Assembly: GCA_009837085.1 (NCBI GenBank)
Contig: VXUF01000158.1
Location: forward strand, 666-64,665
Reading direction: 5' to 3'
From: Holophagales bacterium
GTDB lineage: Bacteria > Acidobacteriota > Thermoanaerobaculia > Multivoradales > Multivoraceae
Length of the DNA stretch: 64,000 bases
Below are positions 57,596 to 64,000 of this stretch, piece by piece. The position numbers were made by a program, and so were the translations under genes. The notes beneath the pieces are model-generated. The model did not search any database and was not told the DNA's origin. It worked only from the letters and a program-made list of their open reading frames with translations. How positions within the stretch are numbered: position 1 is the first letter of the stretch; the number at the start of each line of letters is the position of its first letter.

Positions 57596-58791
57596 GTCGA
57601 GTAACCGGCTTTCTCGTTGCCGCCGCGATCCTGGTCGGGGCCACGGGTCTTGCCGTGTTCATGGTCTCCCAGCGGCCCGAACCGGAACGCATACCACCGC
57701 CCTCCCAGGTTCCCTTCGCGATCACCGCCCCGGCGCGAGCCGGCGAGGGCGCGATCCCCGTGTTCGGGGCCGGCACGGTGCGGCCCCGGGCGGAGATCGA
57801 CATCGCCGCCGAGGTGAGCGGCAAGGTCGTTTGGGTCGACCCGGCCTTCCAGAGCGGCGGGCGGGTGCGCGAAGGGCAGGTGCTCTTCCGCCTCGACGAC
57901 GTCGACTACCGGCGCGCAGTGGAAAAGGCGCGAGCCAATGTCGCGCTCCAGAGAGTCGAGGTCCTCAAGGCAAAGGAAGAAGCGCAGGTCGCGCGCAAGC
58001 AGTACGAGCAGTTCAAGGAACGCCAGGCCGGCAGCGGAGGCGCTTCCGAGGCGAGTCCGCTCGCGCTTTGGGAGCCTCAGCTCGAGGCCGCCGAAGCCGC
58101 CCTGGTCCGGGATGGCGCCACACTTGCCGAGACCGCACTGAACCTCGCGCGAACCGAGGTCAAGGCGCCCTTCTCCGGCGTCGTGCGGACAGAGTCGGTC
58201 GACCTGGGGCAGTTCGTGGCGGCGGGCCGCGGAGTGGCGCGGCTCTATGCGTCCGATGCCGTCGAAGTCGTCGTGCCGCTCTCCGACCGGGAAGCGGCGC
58301 TCATTCCCGGCCTGTGGGATCTGCGGGCCGGCGACGGAAGTCGGGAGGTGGTGGCCCGGGTGGTCGCGGACTACGGCGGCCAGCGCTACGGCTGGGACGG
58401 ACACGTGGACCGCGTCGAAGGCGCGCTGGACGAGCAGACCCGCACGCTCGACGTGATCGTTCGGGTTCCGGAGCCCTACCGCAGCGGCGACGCGGACCCC
58501 GACGGCGCCGGTCCACCGCTGCTGGTCGGCAAGTTCGTCGACGTGGAACTCGAGGGAATCGCACCGGACGCCTGGTTCCGGATCAGGCGGCCGGCGCTCA
58601 GACCCGGCAACGAAGTCTGGGCCGTGCGGAACGACAGGCTGCGGATCGTGCCGGTCGAGATCCTCCAGAGACTCGACGACAACGTCTACGTGACCGGAGA
58701 TCTAGAGGCCGGCGAGCAGGTCGTGGTCGGCGGGATCCAGGTCGGGACGGACGGCATGGAGGTGCGAACGGCAAGCGCGCAGTCGGAGTGA
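57592..58791 (+). CDS. Efflux periplasmic adaptor subunit (membrane fusion protein), copy 1
   Basis: ATG 57592 overlaps the OMF stop (ATGA). N-terminal TM helix, lipoyl-like EVSGKVVWVDPAFQSGGRVREGQVLFRLD, and a coiled-coil hairpin. Confidence 0.85.
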   Translation: MSRVTGFLVAAAILVGATGLAVFMVSQRPEPERIPPPSQVPFAITAPARAGEGAIPVFGAGTVRPRAEIDIAAEVSGKVVWVDPAFQSGGRVREGQVLFRLDDVDYRRAVEKARANVALQRVEVLKAKEEAQVARKQYEQFKERQAGSGGASEASPLALWEPQLEAAEAALVRDGATLAETALNLARTEVKAPFSGVVRTESVDLGQFVAAGRGVARLYASDAVEVVVPLSDREAALIPGLWDLRAGDGSREVVARVVADYGGQRYGWDGHVDRVEGALDEQTRTLDVIVRVPEPYRSGDADPDGAGPPLLVGKFVDVELEGIAPDAWFRIRRPALRPGNEVWAVRNDRLRIVPVEILQRLDDNVYVTGDLEAGEQVVVGGIQVGTDGMEVRTASAQSE

Positions 58792-58804
58792 CGCAGAGCA
58801 GTCT

Positions 58805-60337
58805 GTGCGGTACCTGGCGATCGAGTGCGTGCTGCTGGCCACGCTGCCTCTTGTCGGCTGCGGCGACGCCCGGTCCGGCGAGGATCGCGAGGGCTGGGAA
58901 CTCGTCTGGTCAGACGAGTTCGACGGCGCGGCCCTGGATGTCGCCAAGTGGAACATCCAGACAGGCGACGGCACGGCCGAAGGCATACCCGGCTGGGGCA
59001 ACAACGAGCTGCAGAGCTACCAGGCCGCCAACATCTCCGTGTCCGGCGGTGTCCTGGTCATCACGGCCCGCGAGGAGGACGCCGGAGACGGGCATGCGTA
59101 CACCTCCGGGCGCATCAACACCGCAGGCAAGCTGGACACGACCTATGGCCGCATCGAGGCGAGCATCCGGGCCCCCGGCGGCCAGGGTCTCTGGTCCGCC
59201 TTCTGGATGCTGCCCACCGACTCCGCCTACGGCGGCTGGGCCGCCGGCGGCGAGATCGACATCCTGGAGGTCTTCTCCCGCGATCCGGGCCCCTTCGCCC
59301 AGGCCGCGCTGCACTACGGGATGGCCTGGCCGCTCAACACCGCCGACTACGCGAGGTACTCGGGCGTCGATCCCGCGGACGGCTTCCACGTCTACGCCGT
59401 CGAGTGGGACGAGGAGGAGATCCGCTGGTTCGTGGACGGCGCGCACTTCTACACCGTCCGGCGAGACAGATACTGGAACTACTACAGGGACACCGGGACG
59501 AACGCCCACGTCTCCGGCGGCGTTTCGGCTCCGTTCGACCGCCCGTTCCACCTGCTGCTGAACCTTGCGGTCGGCGGCAATCTGCCCGGCGAGCCCGTGG
59601 CCGGCGCGCTGCCGGGCGAACTCAGGGTCGACTACGTGCGGGTGTACCAATGCGGCATCAATGTCCCGACCGGCGTTGGATGCGCCGATCTCCTGGACCG
59701 AACGTCCGCCGCGGTCGCACCACCGCCGCCGGCCGACGTCTACCGGGCCGTCTACGACCTCTACGTGGACGCCGTGGGACCGCTCCGCCTCCCGGGCGAG
59801 GAGGACGCCGGGCCACTCGACCTCGCGGTCCATGACCCGAATGGAGTGCTCGCCGTCGCGGAAGTCGCGCGCGCCGGCCGCGGGACGGTGATCGACGTCG
59901 CTACAACCGGCGGCGGCCACTTCTCGATCCGCCCGGCCAACGGGGAGCGGCTGACGCTCTTCGGTATCGGCGACGCCTCCGAACCCGGGGATTTCGCAGG
60001 AGAGTTGCAGTTCGACCTGCACGTGTTCGGCGACGGGACGGATGCGACGAGCAGCCTGAGGGTCAAGCTCGACAGCGGCTCGCTCGATGCCGGCGCCGTC
60101 GACCTGCCGTTCTCAACGCTCGACCCGGGGGAGTGGACCACCGTCACCGTCCAGATCGCCGACATCGTCCGGCACCCAGCCGAGCCGGGTGGACGCCCCG
60201 TCGACCTCGGCCGGGTGCGAAGCCTGTTCACACTCGAGCCGACGAGCTTCGCGCGCCTCCAGGTGGATAACATCAGGCTCATCTGCGGCCACGTCGTGCA
60301 AGACGGCTGCGGAGTAAGGCAGAATCCCCGCAGATGA
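58805..60337 (+). CDS. Glycoside hydrolase family 16 (laminarinase/beta-glucanase-like) lipoprotein with C-terminal putative carbohydrate-binding domain
   Basis: Lipobox LPLVGCG. WSDEFDG and the catalytic GGEIDILEV motif. An extra ~220-aa C-terminal beta-rich domain. Confidence 0.9.
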   Translation: MRYLAIECVLLATLPLVGCGDARSGEDREGWELVWSDEFDGAALDVAKWNIQTGDGTAEGIPGWGNNELQSYQAANISVSGGVLVITAREEDAGDGHAYTSGRINTAGKLDTTYGRIEASIRAPGGQGLWSAFWMLPTDSAYGGWAAGGEIDILEVFSRDPGPFAQAALHYGMAWPLNTADYARYSGVDPADGFHVYAVEWDEEEIRWFVDGAHFYTVRRDRYWNYYRDTGTNAHVSGGVSAPFDRPFHLLLNLAVGGNLPGEPVAGALPGELRVDYVRVYQCGINVPTGVGCADLLDRTSAAVAPPPPADVYRAVYDLYVDAVGPLRLPGEEDAGPLDLAVHDPNGVLAVAEVARAGRGTVIDVATTGGGHFSIRPANGERLTLFGIGDASEPGDFAGELQFDLHVFGDGTDATSSLRVKLDSGSLDAGAVDLPFSTLDPGEWTTVTVQIADIVRHPAEPGGRPVDLGRVRSLFTLEPTSFARLQVDNIRLICGHVVQDGCGVRQNPRR

Positions 60338-61542
60338 GTCAACGAACCGGGTGGGCCATCGGCGGTGTGATCCTGATCGGATCCCTCGCCGTCGCCGCCG
60401 CGATGGTCCTGCTGAGACCCGAGCCGGCCTCCAGGCCTCCCCCTTCCGTGGTCCCCTTCGCGCTGACGGCGCCGGTGGAGGCAGGCGAGGGCGCCATCCC
60501 GGTCTACGCCGCCGGCACGGTGCAACCGCGCGCCGAGGTCGACGTCACCGCGGAGGTCAGCGGCAAGGTCGTGTGGGTCGACCCTGCCTTCCAGAGCAGC
60601 GGGCGCGTCCGGGAAGGACAACCGCTGTTTCGCATCGAAGACACGGACTACCGCAACAGGGTGCAGCAGGCGCGGGCCAACGTCGCAATGCAGCGTGTCG
60701 AGGTGTTGAAGGTGGAAGAGGAGGCGACCGTGGCGCGCTCCCAGTACGAGCGGTTCAGGGAGCGCCAGGGCAGCGAGGCGAACTCCGACGTGCCGAGTCC
60801 GCTGGCGCTGTGGGAACCTCAGCTTCAGGCTGCCCGCAGGGCCCTGGAGCGCGACGGCGCCGTCCTCAGGGAAGCGGCGCTGAACCTGGCGCGTACCGAG
60901 ATCCGGGCCCCGTTCGATGGCATCGTGCGCTCCGAATCCGTGGATGTCGGACAGTACGTCGCCGCCGGCCAGAGCGTCGGGCGGCTCTACGCGTCAGGCT
61001 CGGTCGAGGTTGTGGTCCCGCTCTCCGATGACGCCGCAGCCCTGTTACCTGGTCTCTGGGATCTCCGGGCCGGCCAGGCGGACACCCGGATCGCCGCGCG
61101 GGTCATCGCCGAGTACGGCGACGGGAACTACGCCTGGGATGGCTACCTCGATCGGGGCGCGGTCACGCTGGACGAACAGACACGGACCATAGACGTGATC
61201 GTCCGTGTTCCGGAGCCCTTTTCGAGCGGCTCGCCTGTAGACGCGGACGTCGATTCCGGGGCGGCTCCCCCTCTGCTGGTCGGCAAGTTCGTGGACGTCG
61301 AGCTCCAAGGGCTCGCCCCGGAGCGGTACTTCAAGGTGCCGGACTCGGCGCTCAGAACCGGTGACGAGGTCTGGGCGGTACGGGACGGCAAGGTAGCCAT
61401 CGTGCCGGTGCAGGTCCTGCAGCGCTCCGACAACGTGGTGTACGTCACCGGAGCGCTCGATGTGAATCAACCGGTCATCACCGGCGGCGTCCGGCTCGCC
61501 ACCGAGGGCATGGCGGTGCAGACGGCGGCGGGAGGCTCGTGA
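60334..61542 (+). CDS. Efflux periplasmic adaptor subunit (membrane fusion protein), copy 2, paralog of 57592..58791
   Basis: ATG 60334 overlaps the GH16 stop (ATGA). It aligns end to end with copy 1, for example EVSGKVVWVDPAFQSSGRVREGQPLFRIE and PPLLVGKFVDVELQG. Confidence 0.85.
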   Translation: MSQRTGWAIGGVILIGSLAVAAAMVLLRPEPASRPPPSVVPFALTAPVEAGEGAIPVYAAGTVQPRAEVDVTAEVSGKVVWVDPAFQSSGRVREGQPLFRIEDTDYRNRVQQARANVAMQRVEVLKVEEEATVARSQYERFRERQGSEANSDVPSPLALWEPQLQAARRALERDGAVLREAALNLARTEIRAPFDGIVRSESVDVGQYVAAGQSVGRLYASGSVEVVVPLSDDAAALLPGLWDLRAGQADTRIAARVIAEYGDGNYAWDGYLDRGAVTLDEQTRTIDVIVRVPEPFSSGSPVDADVDSGAAPPLLVGKFVDVELQGLAPERYFKVPDSALRTGDEVWAVRDGKVAIVPVQVLQRSDNVVYVTGALDVNQPVITGGVRLATEGMAVQTAAGGS

Positions 61543-61590
61543 GGCCGGGCGCGCGAGTCCCGCTTCCGGATTGGCGATAGTCTCTCGCCG

Positions 61591-61845
61591 ATGGACGCTG
61601 ACGGCGCCTCCGAAGTCCTCGCCCGGTTGCGGGACGTGCTGCGCGACAGCGCGGTCGAAGAGCATGACTGGGACGCGGTGGTCGCGGAGACGCCGATCGA
61701 GTCGCTCGGCTTCGATTCCCTGACCATCCTGGATGTGCTCTACGACGTGGAGGAGGAGTTCGGGATCGCGCTCGATCCGAAGCAGGTCGTGAAGACCCGC
61801 ACGGTCGGCGAGATCATCGCGCTGCTGCAGCAGAACGGAGCCTGA
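61591..61845 (+). CDS. Acyl carrier protein (phosphopantetheine-binding)
   Basis: 84 aa with IESLGFDSLTILDVLYDVEEEFG (DSL attachment motif). Confidence 0.8.
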   Translation: MDADGASEVLARLRDVLRDSAVEEHDWDAVVAETPIESLGFDSLTILDVLYDVEEEFGIALDPKQVVKTRTVGEIIALLQQNGA

Positions 61846-61864
61846 GCGCAGCCTCCTGGCCGGG

Positions 61865-62722
61865 GTGCTCCACCTTCTCGAGTACTGGGCGGCCCGGCTG
61901 GCGCTGTTCGGCGTCGATCTGCTGCCGGCGGCCGCCGCCTCCCGCTGGGCTGCGGCGCTCGGTTCGCTGTGGTGGACGGCCGACCGGCCGCGGCGCCGCG
62001 TAGCGATCTCGAACATCCTGCGCGCGGGCCTAGCCGACGACACGCGGCAGGCGCGCGCGATCGGCCGCGGCGCCGCCCGGCACATGGGCATGGTGCTGGT
62101 CGAGTCGATGAAGTCCTCGCTCGTGCTCGACGACCCGGAGCGGCTACGTGTCGACATTCCCGAAGATGTGGCAGCAGTCCTGGAAGACCCGGACCGCGGC
62201 CTGATCCTCGTCTCCGGTCACTTCGGCAACTGGGAGATCGCGGGCCAGTGGCTGTCGCGCTACAAGCCGGTCGCGGGCATCTCCCGGCCGATGACCAACC
62301 CGCGGGTGCAGAAGCTGGCGCTCGAGCGGCGTCCGCGGCGTGCGTTTCGGATGATCCCGAAGTACGACCCGGATCCGGGGCGCTTCCTCAAGCTGCTGGG
62401 CGACGGCGAGATCCTGGCTCTGCTGGTCGATCAGCACGCCCGCCAGGGGATCGACGTGCCGTTCTTCGGCCATCCCGCGAAGACGCACACGACCGCCGCG
62501 ATGCTGCACCTCGTTGCGAGAACGCCGCTTGTTTTCGCAGTCTGCCGCCGGACGGCGCCGATGACCTTCGAGTTGAGCCTGTCGCCGCTGATCGAGCAGC
62601 AAAGAAGCGGCGATCGGAACGCGGACGTCGAGGCGATCGTCCGGACCCTGAACTCACTTCTGGAGGAAGCGATCCGCCGCGACCCGGAACAGTACCTCTG
62701 GGGCCACCGTCGCTGGCGCTAG
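61865..62722 (+). CDS. Lysophospholipid/lipid A acyltransferase (LpxL/HtrB family)
   Basis: LVSGHFGNWEIAG (HxxxxE/D active-site block of the LpxL family), LLVDQHA, C-terminal PEQYLWGHRRW. 285 aa. Confidence 0.8.
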   Translation: MLHLLEYWAARLALFGVDLLPAAAASRWAAALGSLWWTADRPRRRVAISNILRAGLADDTRQARAIGRGAARHMGMVLVESMKSSLVLDDPERLRVDIPEDVAAVLEDPDRGLILVSGHFGNWEIAGQWLSRYKPVAGISRPMTNPRVQKLALERRPRRAFRMIPKYDPDPGRFLKLLGDGEILALLVDQHARQGIDVPFFGHPAKTHTTAAMLHLVARTPLVFAVCRRTAPMTFELSLSPLIEQQRSGDRNADVEAIVRTLNSLLEEAIRRDPEQYLWGHRRWR

Positions 62723-63183
62723 TTCCGGCGCTGGGCGATGCACTCGATCTCCACCGCGGCGCCCAACGCGAGGGTCGGCGACTCGATCGTCGCCCGGGCC
62801 GGAGGGCTGCCACCCAACACGGCGACCCAGGCCACGTTCATCCGCTCGAAGTTGGCCATGTCGGTCAGGTAGACGGTGCACTTCGCCAGGTGGGCCAGGT
62901 CTGAGCCGGCCGCTTCGAGGATCGTCTCGATGTTCCGGAGCGCCTGCGTCGTCTGCGGTCCGATGCCGCCGGGCGCCAGGTCGAAACTCTGGCCGACCGT
63001 ACCGAGCGTGCCGGCCACGAAGATCAGGTCGCCGACGCGGGTCGCGTGCGAGAACGCTTCGAGCCGGGGCAGTTCGTCGGTGTTGATGCGGGGCGGCTGG
63101 GCGTCGGCCGGTGACAGGGCCGCCAGACAGGCGCCCACCATGACGAGTGAGGGAATCGAAGCTCGGGCAGGGAGATGAAGCAT
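62719..63183 (-). CDS. RidA/YjgF-family protein with N-terminal signal peptide
   Basis: RVGDLIFVAGTLG...CTVYLTDMANFERMN...PARATIESPTLALGAAVEIECIA, preceded by MLHLPARASIPSLVMVGACLAALSPADAQ. Confidence 0.8.
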   Translation of the reverse strand: MLHLPARASIPSLVMVGACLAALSPADAQPPRINTDELPRLEAFSHATRVGDLIFVAGTLGTVGQSFDLAPGGIGPQTTQALRNIETILEAAGSDLAHLAKCTVYLTDMANFERMNVAWVAVLGGSPPARATIESPTLALGAAVEIECIAQRRN

Positions 63184-63249
63184 GGCGGGCAGTCTAGCGG
63201 CGGGCCAATTGGCTGCCGGGACCGATCGGTCGGCTAGCCTCGAGCGTCT

Positions 63250-64000
63250 ATGGCGCAGCGGTACCGAGGAAGCCGGCTCAGCCTGCTAGTCACTCTGTGG
63301 CTTGCGGCGACGCCTGTCCTTCCCGCGGAGCAAGACGCCGCCGAGGCCGACAGGGAGCCGCCCCACGGCTCGGCCCCACAAGGTAACTTCGGCGAAGAGA
63401 TCGACGTTATCGGTCTCGCTCCTCTCGACCACCTGGGCGAATCGCCGGACCACGTGCCGTGGACCGTCCATCGTGTCGCGCCGAAAGCGCTCGACCTGGC
63501 GGCTGTGTCCGGTGTCGGCGCTCTGCTCGAGGCGGAACTGCCCGGCGTGAGCCTGGCGCCGGCGCAGGGAAGCGCGCTGCAGTCCGACGTGCTGTACCGG
63601 GGCTTCGGGGCGTCGCCGCTCCTGGGTGCGAACCAGGGCCTCTCGGTCTACGAGGACGGAGTGCGGGTCAACGAGGTCTTCGGTGACGTCGTCGCCTGGG
63701 ACCTCGTGCCGACGTTCGCGGCGGAACAGGTGGAACTCCTGCCGGGAGCGAACCCGATGTTCGGCCTGAACACGCTCGGCGGGGCGCTCGCCCTGAACAC
63801 GCGCAGCGGCTTCGACTCGGAGCGGTTCGACCTGACGCTCGAAGCCGGTTCTTTCGGCCGTCGGGCGGGCGAGTTCGGCGCCGGCGGCGCACTCGGCTCC
63901 GATGACGAGTACGGCTGGTTCGTCGGCGGTCGCTCCTTCGAGGAAGACGGCTGGCGCGACTTCTCGCCCAGCTCGCTGCGGCAGGCGCTGGTGAAGCTCT
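63250..64000 (+). CDS. TonB-dependent receptor, N-terminal part (signal peptide + plug); runs off the right edge
   Basis: ATG 63250 opens a frame with no stop to the window end. MAQRYRGSRLSLLVTLWLAATPVLPA, then YRGFGASPLLGANQGLSVYEDGVRVNEVFGDVVAWDLVP...VELLPGANPMFGLNTLGGALALNTRSG. This frame is not in the supplied ORF track because it has no stop. Confidence 0.75.
   Translation, partial: MAQRYRGSRLSLLVTLWLAATPVLPAEQDAAEADREPPHGSAPQGNFGEEIDVIGLAPLDHLGESPDHVPWTVHRVAPKALDLAAVSGVGALLEAELPGVSLAPAQGSALQSDVLYRGFGASPLLGANQGLSVYEDGVRVNEVFGDVVAWDLVPTFAAEQVELLPGANPMFGLNTLGGALALNTRSGFDSERFDLTLEAGSFGRRAGEFGAGGALGSDDEYGWFVGGRSFEEDGWRDFSPSSLRQALVKL

Noticed and set aside
62719-62722. Convergent genes share their stop codons in the palindrome CTAG
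   Set aside because: It is a trivial consequence of TAG read on both strands and carries no functional implication by itself.

Overview
High-GC bacterial chromosomal window from a diderm organism (TonB-dependent receptors, NodT-type outer-membrane factor, lipoproteins, Tat signals). It holds about 50 densely packed protein-coding genes. Many are joined by 1-8 nt start/stop overlaps (ATGA, GTGA, TGATG), which I used to fix start codons. I recognised no rRNA, tRNA, CRISPR array, transposase, integrase or phage genes.

Content from left to right:
- 1-3.1 kb: alternative-complex-III-like genes (pentaheme cytochrome c, molybdopterin-family subunit, start of a 4Fe-4S subunit).
- 3.1-9.9 kb: acyl-CoA ligase, biotin carboxylase and carboxyltransferase subunits, enoyl-CoA hydratase and GST (leucine or acyclic-terpene type catabolism).
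- 10-12.8 kb: MBL hydrolase, DUF4160, acetyltransferase, GT2.
- 12.8-14.4 kb: a PQQ-like beta-propeller gene broken by an in-frame TAG.
- 14.4-16.5 kb: DUF4143 ATPase and an HExxH lipoprotein.
- 16.6-21.6 kb: a five-gene nucleotide-heptose modification operon with a C-methyltransferase.
- 21.6-27.6 kb: dimethylglycine-dehydrogenase-like enzyme and two Tat-exported flavin amine oxidoreductases.
- 27.6-34.4 kb: polysaccharide genes (sulfatase-fold lipoprotein, GT2, orphan HicB, flippase, large membrane protein, methyltransferase).
- 34.7-39.8 kb: squalene-hopene cyclase, a GPP34::P450 fusion and a sulfotransferase.
- 39.9-42.0 kb: btuB with a cobalamin riboswitch.
- 42.1-50.8 kb: recC-recB-recD, followed by a perfect 83-bp tandem duplication.
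- 51-56 kb: heme-c/copper-monooxygenase-like protein, kynureninase, MpaB-family oxygenase, squalene synthase.
- 56.1-61.5 kb: outer-membrane factor, adaptor, GH16 glucanase, paralogous adaptor.
- 61.6-64 kb: ACP, LpxL-like acyltransferase, signal-peptide RidA, start of a second TonB-dependent receptor.

The strongest candidate for an undescribed system is the translationally coupled shc / GPP34-P450 / sulfotransferase operon, which could make an oxidised, sulfated hopanoid-type lipid. Secondary candidates are the C-methyl heptose operon, the Thr-nucleophile sulfatase-fold enzyme coupled to a GT2, and the pump-less efflux operon carrying a GH16 gene between duplicated adaptors.

All family calls come from motifs read by eye and from memory of the families. 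No database search was run.
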